Notes under the pieces: generated by a model
What the model saw: the letters and a program-made list of their open reading frames with translations, nothing else
What the model was told of the DNA's origin: nothing
The model's database searches: none
Assembly: GCA_030141605.1 (NCBI GenBank)
Contig: JAQGDQ010002390.1
Coordinates: 62,001 to 126,000 of the forward strand
Source: Tubiluchus corallicola
Taxonomy: Eukaryota > Animalia > Priapulida
Reading direction: 5' to 3'
Length of the DNA stretch: 64,000 nt
Shown: one piece after another, positions 9,309-19,356 of the stretch
How positions within the stretch are numbered: position 1 is the first letter of the stretch
Layout of the letters: every line of letters starts with the position of its first letter
Made by a program: the position numbers and the translations under genes

Positions 9309-10940
9309 ATGGCAGAGGTACACAATAACATAAATCCACCTTTTGTAAAGGCACTCCCTATGTTTCCGTATCCGGTAAAAAAAGCGCACAATTTTCATAT
9401 CGTTCCCCACGGAGGCAGTAGCTGCACTATCTTTTGGGTTGCCGCTGAGGAGAACGAAAAAACAGCTTTCCTGTATAAACAAGATTTTAATAATATGGAC
9501 GCTATCAGTTTGCCTGCCCGCTTTCCTTTAAAAGGATTTGACACAGAATCTGATTCCTTTTCAATCAAACAGCTCAAGAATAACGACTATGTCGCTGTCT
9601 GGTATACAGGCAGAAACTTCCATCCAACATTGCAAGGCGCGTACTTCACGCAAGATGGAAAAATTTATCTCTTGGATAAAATTTGCAGCAAAGCTCCAAT
9701 CACGCGCAATGACTTCTCCCTCGCCCCCCTCTTTGACGGAGGATTCATTGTCGCGTGGCACCATGAAAAAGGAATCGGTATCCACTATTATAGTGATATC
9801 GGATCAATTATTTCTCCTTTTTCGTCCAAAGTTCTCCATGTTGATACCAACTCCGTATACAATATTACAGCCATAGGGCTCACTGAAGGAGGATACGCCA
9901 TCGCTCTTTGGTTTGAAGAGAATCTCTCTTCAAAAGAAAAAAGCTACACGCTTTGCCTGCACTACTACAATAACGCAGGCACCTGCTATGATTCGCTCAT
10001 CCTTACCCAAAATCAACCAGAGCCAAGTAAGATCTCCCTTGCGAACCTCGATGACAATAACCTTCTCGTAACATGGTTGCAACCTGTCTCAAACAGCTCG
10101 GAAAACCTACAGGAACTCATCGGCATTACCCTTAATGATGAAAATGACGCCCTCTTAACATGGGACCGCATTCATCAATGCTACGCTGAGATTTTCTCTG
10201 TCGCCCAGCTGCCTCAATCAAATACACTCAAATTTAAAACCCTCCCCCTTCACGACAAGGAAGAGCAAAATTTTATCATTTCATATGAACTCTCATCAGA
10301 AAGCACAGTTCATTCATTTCTTTATGATAAAGGCGGGAATTTAATTCTGGAAAAACAAGCCTCCCCTAAGCCCCCTTTCCAGAATCTTTCCCCCTACCAT
10401 TATCAGATGACTCAGAAAGAATCCTTTATCTTTGTAGCACCCTCCTCTAAAGAAGAAACAGACTCATCCTCCCTACTTTCCTTATTGAGCGTATATCAAA
10501 CAACTCTCGGAGGAAAAAAACTACAGGATGAAACATTGCCGATAGCACAATATAATCATGTAGGACTTGTACTTTCAAAAAAAGGATATATAGAACATTA
10601 TTCCTATTTCGACCAGATAGCACGCGAAACACAATGGGAAGAAACCATAAACGGAACCTTTCAAACAATTAAGACCGCGGAAAATATCTCGGACATTTTT
10701 CCAAACCTAGATGAAATCTTAGAAATAGAAAGCCTCTATTCCATCGAAAAAATAATGGATTATGTCGATTATAAAAATATAGCCGCAACCTTCGCGTCTC
10801 CACAATATACATTTACAGAAAAAAATGTATCCTACATATCGGAAGACGATAATTTTTGGGAAATCGACCCCGCTATTTTCAAAAACAATTATATTACATA
10901 TATAGCCTATAATATTTCCTCATTATGCCCTTCGACATAA
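9309..10940 (+). CDS. Hypothetical protein with ~50-aa internal repeats (probable beta-propeller)
   Basis: 543-aa ORF; recurring [ST]-x-x-x-L-x-[DEN]-[GN]-[GND]-[FYL]-x-V-x-W followed by x-[HY]-Y-[DNS]-x-x-G; no clear signal peptide. Confidence 0.75.
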   Translation: MAEVHNNINPPFVKALPMFPYPVKKAHNFHIVPHGGSSCTIFWVAAEENEKTAFLYKQDFNNMDAISLPARFPLKGFDTESDSFSIKQLKNNDYVAVWYTGRNFHPTLQGAYFTQDGKIYLLDKICSKAPITRNDFSLAPLFDGGFIVAWHHEKGIGIHYYSDIGSIISPFSSKVLHVDTNSVYNITAIGLTEGGYAIALWFEENLSSKEKSYTLCLHYYNNAGTCYDSLILTQNQPEPSKISLANLDDNNLLVTWLQPVSNSSENLQELIGITLNDENDALLTWDRIHQCYAEIFSVAQLPQSNTLKFKTLPLHDKEEQNFIISYELSSESTVHSFLYDKGGNLILEKQASPKPPFQNLSPYHYQMTQKESFIFVAPSSKEETDSSSLLSLLSVYQTTLGGKKLQDETLPIAQYNHVGLVLSKKGYIEHYSYFDQIARETQWEETINGTFQTIKTAENISDIFPNLDEILEIESLYSIEKIMDYVDYKNIAATFASPQYTFTEKNVSYISEDDNFWEIDPAIFKNNYITYIAYNISSLCPST

Positions 10941-10947
10941 AACTCCC

Positions 10948-10988
10948 CCCTGCTCTTCCCACACTATTAAAGAGCAGGGCGTTTTTTT
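10948..10988 (+). terminator. Intrinsic terminator
   Basis: CCCTGCTCTT...AAGAGCAGGG then a T tract, just after the stop at 10940. Confidence 0.7.
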
Positions 10989-11067
10989 CAAATCAATTCA
11001 AACTCCTGTTGTCCCAAACCCATCTATATAAAGAGAAATATACAAATCGCTATGGGACTTCATCACC

Positions 11068-11583
11068 ATGATTATTCGAAGCGCTCATAAGCAAGATATA
11101 AAAGAAATTACCGCCCTTTACGCTTGGCATGTAGAGCATGGCATCGCAACCTTTGAGGAAATTCCCCCAGATAGCAAAACAATGCGCCAGCGATGGGAAA
11201 ATGTACAGGCGCAAAAACTCCCCTGGCTTGTCGCCGAAAATCAACAAAAAATCTGCGGATTCGCATACGCAACACCCTTCCGACAACGAAGCGCATGGCG
11301 ATACTGTATTGAGGATTCAATCTATATCCACCCTCAACACATAGGAAAAGGAATCGGCTCTCTTCTCCTTAAACAACTTATTCTCCACTGCCGGGAAAAA
11401 AATATCCGGCAGATAATCGCCGTCATCGGCGGCAGCGATAATATCGGCTCCATTCGCCTCCATGAAAAAGAAGGATTTCAAAAAATCGGCACCATCCCTC
11501 AAGCAGGCTACAAAATGAACCAATGGATCGATTCTGTCTTCATGAGCCTTATCGTAAAACCAACAGAAGAGCACACTTCATAA
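11068..11583 (+). CDS. GNAT N-acetyltransferase, phosphinothricin/methionine-sulfoximine acetyltransferase (YncA/Pat) family
   Basis: ATFEEIPP, PWLVAE, GFAYA..FR.RSAW, EDSIYI, GKGIGS, SIRLH...GF, GYK...WID. Confidence 0.9.
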   Translation: MIIRSAHKQDIKEITALYAWHVEHGIATFEEIPPDSKTMRQRWENVQAQKLPWLVAENQQKICGFAYATPFRQRSAWRYCIEDSIYIHPQHIGKGIGSLLLKQLILHCREKNIRQIIAVIGGSDNIGSIRLHEKEGFQKIGTIPQAGYKMNQWIDSVFMSLIVKPTEEHTS

Positions 11584-11774
11584 CCATTTTCCACTGACAT
11601 AAAACCGCTCTCTCTTTATATTTTCTCACCTGTATCCCCCCCTCTGTACCTCTCCTGTAAACCATGAGGTTTATACCTTAACTATAGTGTGCTTTAACGC
11701 AATTTATTCTATGATGTCGCAAATTATTTCTGCTATAATATATAAACTGCATTTCTACAATCGGGAGGTCAATA

Positions 11775-12764
11775 ATGAAAAAAAAATGCGCCCTTATCGC
11801 AGACATTGGTGGAACAAACGGTCGGTTTGCCTTCTCTACACCAGAAGAAGGAATTTTCGGCCTCCAAAATCTACGCTGCAAAGACTATCCTGACATCAAC
11901 GCGGCCATACGACATGTCCTTCAAAACGCAGTCCCACTTCTGCAGGAATACGCTCCACCTCGCTATGCTGTCATCGATGTCGCAGGACCCGTTAAAAGCG
12001 ATGAGGTCAACTTAACAAACCTTTCCTGGAACTTCTCCATAAACGCTGTTCAAAAAGAATTTAATTTCAAAACTTTCGACGTGCTCAACGACTTTAGCGC
12101 AATCGCGCTCTCTCTTCCACACCTGCAACCCGACGACTGCATCCAAGTCGGAGCAGGAGAGCCCGATATAAACGCTCCCGCCGCCGTCCTAGGACCAGGA
12201 ACAGGTCTTGGCGTCTCACTCGTTATAAAAGATCAAAATGGAAACTACCTTCCAATCCCCTCCGAAGGCGGACACGCTACTCTCCCCTCCATGAACGAAC
12301 AAGAAGACGCTGTTGTACATAAGGTGCGACAACAGTATCAACACGCCTCAGCAGAACGCTTTATCTCCGGACAGGGAATTTCTAATATCTATCAGGCGTT
12401 ATGCTCTATCCACCAGACAGATGAACAGTATAAAACCCCCCTAGAAATTACACAGGCAGCCTTGGAATCCTCCTGCCCTATCGCCCTTGAGACAATCAAC
12501 ATTTTCTGCAATATGTTGGGAACCCTCTCCTCAAACCTCGCTATCTCCGTAATGGCCAAAAGAGGCATCTTTATCGCAGGAGGAATCATCCCTAAAATCC
12601 TTCCCCTTTTTCTCAAAAGCGGATTTCGAAGCCGCTTCGAATTCAAAGGACGATTCACATCCCTAACAAAAACAATCCCAACATACATTATTACCCACGA
12701 TATACCCGCTTTTCCAGGACTGCACCACCGCGCCACACTCTATATAAAGCAAGACAATCAATAA
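11775..12764 (+). CDS. glk: Glucokinase
   Basis: ADIGGTNGRF, LTNLSW, LNDFSA, LGPGTGLG, SEGGH, SAERFISGQG, AGGIIPK, FEFKGRF; RBS GGGAGG. Confidence 0.96.
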   Translation: MKKKCALIADIGGTNGRFAFSTPEEGIFGLQNLRCKDYPDINAAIRHVLQNAVPLLQEYAPPRYAVIDVAGPVKSDEVNLTNLSWNFSINAVQKEFNFKTFDVLNDFSAIALSLPHLQPDDCIQVGAGEPDINAPAAVLGPGTGLGVSLVIKDQNGNYLPIPSEGGHATLPSMNEQEDAVVHKVRQQYQHASAERFISGQGISNIYQALCSIHQTDEQYKTPLEITQAALESSCPIALETINIFCNMLGTLSSNLAISVMAKRGIFIAGGIIPKILPLFLKSGFRSRFEFKGRFTSLTKTIPTYIITHDIPAFPGLHHRATLYIKQDNQ

Positions 12765-12826
12765 GTTTATCCACTGAATAATAAAATAAACACAACAAAA
12801 TAAACAGCTACAATAAGGAGAAAAAA

Positions 12827-13942
12827 ATGCTTATCGGCGTTCCAACAGAAATAAAAAATGACGAATTCCGCGTAGGATTAACACCCCTGGGAGTCCAAGA
12901 ACTGATTCTTGAAGGCCACCAGGTTATTGTACAATCCAACGCCGGAATCGGATGCAACTTTACAGACGACGATTACGAAAATGCCGGCGCTGAAATTGTA
13001 AAAACAGCTCAGGACATCTTCACAAACGCTAAAATGATCATCAAAGTAAAAGAACCACTGGCTCAAGAAAGAAAAATGCTGCACTCTGAACAGATTCTGT
13101 TCGCCTACTTGCATCTCGCCGCCGATCAGGAGCAAGCATACGAATTACAAGAAAGTAAAGCAATTTGTATCGCTTTTGAAACCGTTACAGACGACTTCGG
13201 ACGCCTGCCCCTTCTAGCCCCCATGTCAGAAATCGCAGGAAGAATGTCCATACAAGCCGCCGCAAGCTGCCTAGAAAAAGCAAAAGGAGGACGCGGAACA
13301 CTCATCGGTGGCGTCCCAGGCGTCGAACCCGCCCATATCGTCATTCTCGGAGGAGGCGTTGTCGGCTTTAACGCCGCACAAATGGCTATGGGGCTCGGTG
13401 GGAATGTAACCGTTATAGATAAAAATATCACAACATTACGAACAGTCTCAGAACATTTTAATAACCGAATTAATACCATCTACTCAACCCAAGCCGCTAT
13501 TGACCACTATATACAACAAGCTGACGCAGTCATCGGAGCCGTCTTGATCGCAGGTGATAAAGCCCCCTCCCTCATAACAAAAGATATGCTCTCTGAAATG
13601 AAACCACGCGCCACCTTAGTAGACGTCTCCATAGATCAAGGAGGATGCTTTGAAACCTCCCGGCCAACAACACATAGCGACCCAACCTACATAGTCGATA
13701 ATATTATCCATTATTGCGTCGCCAATATGCCCGGCGCCGTCCCCTTGACATCAGCAAAAGCATTGGAAAACGCAACCCTGCCCTATACGCTCACCCTTGC
13801 CTCCGAAGGGTGGAAAGAAGCCATGAAACATAACGCGCACCTTCGTAACGGGCTAAATATCTTCCAAGGAAAAGTCTATCACCAAGCCGTCGCGAACGCC
13901 CTGAATATTCCTCTCTCCCCCATAGACGATATCTTCTTCTAA
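12827..13942 (+). CDS. ald: Alanine dehydrogenase
   Basis: GVPTEIKNDEFRV, KVKEP, LLAPMSEIAGR, GGGVVG, DVSIDQGGC, YCVANMPG; RBS AAGGAG. Confidence 0.97.
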   Translation: MLIGVPTEIKNDEFRVGLTPLGVQELILEGHQVIVQSNAGIGCNFTDDDYENAGAEIVKTAQDIFTNAKMIIKVKEPLAQERKMLHSEQILFAYLHLAADQEQAYELQESKAICIAFETVTDDFGRLPLLAPMSEIAGRMSIQAAASCLEKAKGGRGTLIGGVPGVEPAHIVILGGGVVGFNAAQMAMGLGGNVTVIDKNITTLRTVSEHFNNRINTIYSTQAAIDHYIQQADAVIGAVLIAGDKAPSLITKDMLSEMKPRATLVDVSIDQGGCFETSRPTTHSDPTYIVDNIIHYCVANMPGAVPLTSAKALENATLPYTLTLASEGWKEAMKHNAHLRNGLNIFQGKVYHQAVANALNIPLSPIDDIFF

Positions 13943-13946
13943 AAAC

Positions 13947-13978
13947 AAAAAAGCGCCCCTGATATCAGGGGCGCCTTT
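13947..13978. terminator. Intrinsic terminator after ald
   Basis: GCGCCCCTGA-TA-TCAGGGGCGC perfect stem flanked by A and T runs. Confidence 0.8.
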
Positions 13979-14033
13979 CAATTTCTAAACGATTTCCCTC
14001 AGCGAAAAACTATCTCTTCTTAAAAACAATCCC

Positions 14034-14097
14034 CCTCGTGGGCTAACAAACGCTCCCTACTGGGAAACTCTCCTCGCGAGCTAAAAAAACGCTCCCT
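14034..14097. repeat. Imperfect direct repeat, two copies of ~25 bp
   Basis: CCTCGTGGGCTAACAAACGCTCCCT (14034-14058) and CCTCGCGAGCTAAAAAAACGCTCCCT (14072-14097). Confidence 0.6.
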
Positions 14098-14140
14098 TAA
14101 ACAAGAGAAAGAACCTAAATAACATCCTTTGATACGGAAA

Positions 14141-14263
14141 CTAGCCAGAAAAAATCGACAAGCTAAATCCTTCAAAAATCATCGTGGCAAACGCTAAAAG
14201 TGGTTCCTTCCAATATATAGCAGCCATAACAATTAACGCTGTTATCATAATTTTCCTAAGCAT
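14141..14263 (-). CDS. Putative 40-aa hydrophobic membrane peptide
   Basis: MLRKIMITALIVMAAIYWKEPLLAFATMIFEGFSLSIFSG*; RBS-like AAGGTAG 4 nt before the ATG. Confidence 0.5.
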   Translation of the reverse strand: MLRKIMITALIVMAAIYWKEPLLAFATMIFEGFSLSIFSG

Positions 14264-14289
14264 AATTCTACCTTATTAAATTAATTAGC

Positions 14290-14319
14290 AAAAAAAGCCG
14301 CCTAACCCAGCGGCTTTTT
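14290..14319 (-). terminator. Intrinsic terminator after the TolC-family gene
   Basis: AAAAAGCCGC...GCGGCTTTTT inverted repeat about 40 nt after the stop. Confidence 0.8.
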
Positions 14320-14359
14320 CATCAATGCGACATCATTATTAAAACTATTGTCTTAATTT

Positions 14360-15718
14360 TTAGTTTTGCGCAACACCATGCTCTAAACGAGCCGCCTCTA
14401 TATCACCAGCCAATGTCTCTACACCAAGAGCTTCCGTCAGCTGACCCGTTATAGCAAGTACTTTATACTTAGCGAACAAGTTTTGATAATAGGTGATGAT
14501 ATGACGTGTTCTCGCTGAAAAATAATCATTTTCAGAATCTAAGAGATCCAACAAATCACGGCTCCCTAAATTAAATTCCTCACGGTAAATACGAACAACA
14601 TTTCTTTTGTAATCAATTTCCTTGAACAAAATAGCAAGCAGCTCTTCCGTTCTACCGATCGTATCCCATGTCTGACGTCCTTGTTCCTCTGCCGAACGAA
14701 GAGCCGCATTATAGCTTTCCATCCCTTGAGAGAACTGATGGCGCGCCTTACTGCGTCCTGCGCTGTCAATACCACCATTATACAGGTTCCAGTTACTGAC
14801 AAGCATCGCAGATGTATCACGCTCTGTATCACGTGTACGAGACGCGTGATGGTCTATGCTTCCCCGAAGCTCAAAATCAAGTGTCGGATAAAAATTCGCA
14901 GACGAACCATAAAGATCCGCACGCAACATATCTAAAGTCGCCCCCTGTAATAAAACCGTCGGATTTGATGAGTGAATTAAATCAACCAAATTATCTAAAG
15001 TTCCTGGCAAAAGAGCATTTTCAAATATAGGTAACCGCAAAGCCGCAGGCTCTATACCAACAATACGCTCATACACAATCGCGCTGGCCTCTAAAGATTG
15101 ATAAAACTCCACAACCGCCGCACGCGCATTAACCAGACGTGAACGCGCCTGGTATAAATCACCCTGTCCTGTAAACTCGGCCTGAACACGACTTTCAACT
15201 TCTCCTAAAATACGCTCATGGATCTTAACATTAGCCTCCCCAAGAGTGATAAGTTCCTGGTTTTTCAATATGTCAAGATAAGCCTGAATAACATCAAGAG
15301 CGACAAATTCTGAACGCTCTACAATATTAATATTCGTAGAATCTACCCGTGCTCCCTGACGCATCAAATCACCTGAACGCTCTCCTCCGTCAAAGAGATT
15401 TTGACGAATCACAGTGGATGCCCTGCTACGCCAACGATCATCAGCACCTTGCCTCTCATCGTATGTCGTTTCATATCCTGTCGTCAGACTCACATCCACA
15501 GTCGGCAAGAACCGTCCTAAGGATTGATCTAGCTCTTTTTCAATAGCGCGAGCGTTTTGTACGCCCTCTAAAATTTCCGGAGACGTTTCTAACGCTATCT
15601 GAACAGCTTCCTCAAGTGTTTCACTATAGCTACTAAAAGGCAGTAACAATACTAAAACGGAGCATACCCCACTTATAAGTAAATTTCTTTTTTCCATTTT
15701 ATTAACCTTATGACCCAT
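14360..15718 (-). CDS. TolC-family outer-membrane protein of type I secretion (LapE/AggA-like)
   Basis: Signal peptide then ETLEEAVQIALETSPE; FLPTVDVS, QNLFDGG, FYPTLD, WNLYNGG, EFNLGSRDLLDLLDSEN. Confidence 0.92.
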   Translation of the reverse strand: MGHKVNKMEKRNLLISGVCSVLVLLLPFSSYSETLEEAVQIALETSPEILEGVQNARAIEKELDQSLGRFLPTVDVSLTTGYETTYDERQGADDRWRSRASTVIRQNLFDGGERSGDLMRQGARVDSTNINIVERSEFVALDVIQAYLDILKNQELITLGEANVKIHERILGEVESRVQAEFTGQGDLYQARSRLVNARAAVVEFYQSLEASAIVYERIVGIEPAALRLPIFENALLPGTLDNLVDLIHSSNPTVLLQGATLDMLRADLYGSSANFYPTLDFELRGSIDHHASRTRDTERDTSAMLVSNWNLYNGGIDSAGRSKARHQFSQGMESYNAALRSAEEQGRQTWDTIGRTEELLAILFKEIDYKRNVVRIYREEFNLGSRDLLDLLDSENDYFSARTRHIITYYQNLFAKYKVLAITGQLTEALGVETLAGDIEAARLEHGVAQN

Positions 15719-16072
15719 TTAAAATACCTTACCTAAACTCTTTCTAAACGTCAAAATATACAAAAAATTTAATACTGTGATACATCGTAGTATCGCGATA
15801 TGTCACACTATAATCATACCTGATTTATATAACATCAATACGCGTGTATATTTTTCTTTATATCTCTTTAACTTTCTCTTGTACAATAAATATTTACAAA
15901 AGTAAAACTTTTTATCGTAAAAATACAACATTTTCATTTTAATCGTCTAATTCTAATATAATTCTAATATATGAGTATCTAAACAATACACAATATTACA
16001 CATATTCAAGTAAATATATACTTTAAAACAACTTAGTAAATACTATCTTAAATAATCGCACTTTTTTTTCAA

Positions 16073-17947
16073 CTATTCCTCCTGAGGCGTATACAGATCA
16101 ACAAGCTGCTGCATGCGCTCTTCCCGAATATCAATCGGATGCTTCTCCTCAAGAATTCTACGGAGATAGTATTCTAGGCGACTTACATATTCACCTTGTA
16201 AATTATCCTTGATTTCAGCACGCCTTTCCGGAAAATCACTTTCCAGCGCGTCAACAGAACGCTCAATAACCAAAACAGCCTCTTCTTCCTCTTTTGTCCG
16301 CCCCCGTAAAATCTCATCAACAGCGCCAAACGTAAAAATACGCTGCAGTAAATTATTGTCAAAAGGAACATCCGTACTATCAAAACGCGTAAATTCTACC
16401 GTACTCCATACAACAGGCGATCCATTTTTCTGTAAAATCTCCCCTTCCTTTAACTGTACGGAAAAATCATCCGCAGCCTCTTTCGCCATCTTGCGACGTA
16501 AAAAAACCGTATAATCCTCCTGAACACGCTCCTGAACATCCTCAAACACTAACAGTTCCGCAGGCTCTATATCTTGAAGATAAACCGAATACCAAAGAGA
16601 ATTCTCCTCAATAAACATAAGATCCGTATGCTCTCCCTCTTCCGGCAAAGCAAAAACAGATTCCACAACAGGGAACAATCCCCTATCAACAAACTCTTCC
16701 GGCCCCTCGCCATTCTCTAAATATCCCCTGCTATCAACCCGAAAACTCAATAAAGAAATATCGAGATCGTCCGCAATCTCCGAAAAAGGCATACCAGCAG
16801 AAAGAAAATTCTCCACCGAGGGCATCAGATCGTCATAAATATAATCATCCGCAGCCTCTAAGCGTAATGTCGTTAAAATACCATCACGCGCTTCCTCAAA
16901 AAGAACCTGTCGTTCCTCTATTTCCTCGTCATAACGCATAATAACCCATCCAACCGGCGTCTCTAAAACAGAAGAAAACTCGCCAATCCCCAACAGAAAC
17001 ACCTCCTCTCCGATATCATCCGAAAGCTCCGTTTCTCTCAAAGGCAAAAGTTGATGAATCATCGCATTGTCAAAAAGAGCCTCTTCATCAATCCGCAATC
17101 GCTCCAGTCCTTCTCGCGCCTCTTTTTCCGTATTAAACAAATAGCGCGTAAAAACACGACGTACAGGAATAAAATACTGAATCGGATCATTCTCGTAAAC
17201 CTCCACAAGAGCCTCTTCGGAAATCTCCATCATTTTTGAAATTTCCTCAAAAGAAAAAGAAATAACATCAAAAGAACGATATTCCTGAGTCATATATAAT
17301 TCAGGATTTTCCTCATACCACGACAATAACGCCTCATCATCAATCGCCGGAAGATCCATCTCATCCGGAGAAACCATGATATAAGAAGCCGTAATACGCT
17401 TGTTCGCGTACCCGTGCAACGCGTTGACGACCCTGTCAGGAACAAGCATCCCCCTACTTAACGGTTTGGAAAACATCTCTATTTCTATCTGCTGTCGAAG
17501 AGCGCTGAAATATTCCGTCTCCGTCATACCCCCCTGATATAAAAGCGCCTCAAAAATAGCTTTGCTAAAACGACCGTTCTCATCATGAAACTCCACCATC
17601 TGAAGCAACGCCTGGCGAAGAATATCATCACTGACAGAAACCCCTAAATCTAAAGCCCCTTGGGAAAATAACGCGCGAATAACATCATCAAATAACGCCT
17701 GGCGCATAATAACACTTATATTCTCAGAGTTTAGTTCACTATAGCCCGCTCGATTCGCCACTGTGCGGAAGTTATTCTCAAGACGCTGAAGAGAAATATC
17801 ATACTCACCAACAGACGCAACAATATTAGAGCTTGTCCGCCCCGTCAAAACATCCGTAATCCCCCATAACGCAAAACTAGCGATAAGGACAAACAAAATA
17901 ATCTTGACAAAAAATGATGCCATCTTTTTTCGAATTCGCTCTAACAT
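16073..17947 (-). CDS. Periplasmic chaperone/peptidyl-prolyl isomerase with SurA N-terminal domain (PpiD-like)
   Basis: MLERIRK..ASFFVKIILFVLIASFALWGI membrane anchor, VASVGEYDIS, F.DENGRF; very acidic C-terminal part. Confidence 0.88.
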   Translation of the reverse strand: MLERIRKKMASFFVKIILFVLIASFALWGITDVLTGRTSSNIVASVGEYDISLQRLENNFRTVANRAGYSELNSENISVIMRQALFDDVIRALFSQGALDLGVSVSDDILRQALLQMVEFHDENGRFSKAIFEALLYQGGMTETEYFSALRQQIEIEMFSKPLSRGMLVPDRVVNALHGYANKRITASYIMVSPDEMDLPAIDDEALLSWYEENPELYMTQEYRSFDVISFSFEEISKMMEISEEALVEVYENDPIQYFIPVRRVFTRYLFNTEKEAREGLERLRIDEEALFDNAMIHQLLPLRETELSDDIGEEVFLLGIGEFSSVLETPVGWVIMRYDEEIEERQVLFEEARDGILTTLRLEAADDYIYDDLMPSVENFLSAGMPFSEIADDLDISLLSFRVDSRGYLENGEGPEEFVDRGLFPVVESVFALPEEGEHTDLMFIEENSLWYSVYLQDIEPAELLVFEDVQERVQEDYTVFLRRKMAKEAADDFSVQLKEGEILQKNGSPVVWSTVEFTRFDSTDVPFDNNLLQRIFTFGAVDEILRGRTKEEEEAVLVIERSVDALESDFPERRAEIKDNLQGEYVSRLEYYLRRILEEKHPIDIREERMQQLVDLYTPQEE

Positions 17948-18074
17948 ACAACTTCCTACCTTTATTTTAACGACAAATCTTCAATAATTACTCTCAAAAC
18001 TAAACGCTTCAATACAATGACGCTATTAATAGAATATTTCTATAACCCTGTTTACTCTGAAACAAATCTAAAAA

Positions 18075-19259
18075 TCAATAAAAACCATAATTTTGAAAAA
18101 TCGGCTTTGTTATTTCATGCTCTATAACCACAGGAAGCCCTAAGCCCGCCTCCATAATCACTAAATGGCGCTCAACCGTGCCATTGCTCTGCAATGAATA
18201 AAAATCGTCCGCTCCCCCTGTGCGAAAAACATACCCCGCGACATCATCCGATTCCTTTATAACCCGCATGGAAAGCAACTCGCTTGTATAACCAATACCG
18301 CTATACGCCAACAATGCTAAACGATGAGGTTCCTCCTCATAAATATCCATATATCTTAAAGAAAACTCCTCCCGCGCGACAGGATTCACATCCGCAAACC
18401 AAGAACCATTCAATAAAACTTCTCGACCAAATCCTTCCACGCTCCAAGAGCTGACTCCCAGCGCCTGCACTTCTGTCGGATCCGTTATTTCCGACGAGGC
18501 ATACGCCGCCGCCAATATCGTTCGCTGATGATCATAATCCCCTATTAACAACGCGTCAAACGGCTCTAAGTCTATCAGCTGCCTCGCCGCCTGCGCCATA
18601 TCACTACCATCCGGTTCATAAAAAACAATCCCCACAAGATAGTCATGGTTTCTCTCAACAGAATATTGAAAAGCCTGCGCGGCGCGATGCCCAAACTGAT
18701 TATTCGGTATAAAAGCCACATAATGATAAAGCCCTCGCTTAGACGCGTAATTCACAACGGCGTCAATCTCCATCTCCGGCAAATAACCCGTAATAAAAAC
18801 ATTTTCAGAAAGCGCGTCCAAATCATTGGAAAATGAAATAACAGGAACGCTTTTTGAAAGAGCTCTCCGCCCGACTACATGGGTTTCTTCCATCGTCAAC
18901 GGACCCACAAGAACCGACGCTCCCTCAGAAAGAGCCTGCATAGCCGCACGTTCCGCCCCCCTCGCCGTGCTACCCGTATCATAAACCTGAATCTTGATTA
19001 TATCCGAGGCATAGTCAAAAACAGCCATATGAACCGCCTTTTGCATCGAATTCCCTATCATTTCAAACCGTCCACTCAACGGTAGCAAAACACCGATTGT
19101 TCCCGCTTTTTTCTGAGGAGGCTCAACCTTTGGCTCAAGAGGAGTAACCTTAATCTCCGGCGGCGGCGCAACATCCTTGGATACACAGCCCGCAAAAAAT
19201 AAAACAATACTTAAAAATACCGCCCTCAGTAAGCACGAAAATTTTACCTTCCTTGCCAT
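18075..19259 (-). CDS. Penicillin-binding protein activator (LpoA/LppC-like lipoprotein)
   Basis: Lipobox FAGC, IGVLLPLSG, YDT, LVGPL, PVISFSND; divergent from rsmI as is usual in Alphaproteobacteria. Confidence 0.88.
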   Translation of the reverse strand: MARKVKFSCLLRAVFLSIVLFFAGCVSKDVAPPPEIKVTPLEPKVEPPQKKAGTIGVLLPLSGRFEMIGNSMQKAVHMAVFDYASDIIKIQVYDTGSTARGAERAAMQALSEGASVLVGPLTMEETHVVGRRALSKSVPVISFSNDLDALSENVFITGYLPEMEIDAVVNYASKRGLYHYVAFIPNNQFGHRAAQAFQYSVERNHDYLVGIVFYEPDGSDMAQAARQLIDLEPFDALLIGDYDHQRTILAAAYASSEITDPTEVQALGVSSWSVEGFGREVLLNGSWFADVNPVAREEFSLRYMDIYEEEPHRLALLAYSGIGYTSELLSMRVIKESDDVAGYVFRTGGADDFYSLQSNGTVERHLVIMEAGLGLPVVIEHEITKPIFQNYGFY

Positions 19260-19356
19260 CTTCCCACTTTCCTTGCTATACTACTGAAAAAATATGTAAA
19301 ACCTGAACTTTCTCATACGCGGCGCGCTCTATTCCCTGATCTAAGTTAGAATAAAT

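Noticed and set aside
14034-14097. Possible CRISPR or REP array
   Set aside because: Only two divergent copies with a 13-nt gap, and no cas or transposase genes.
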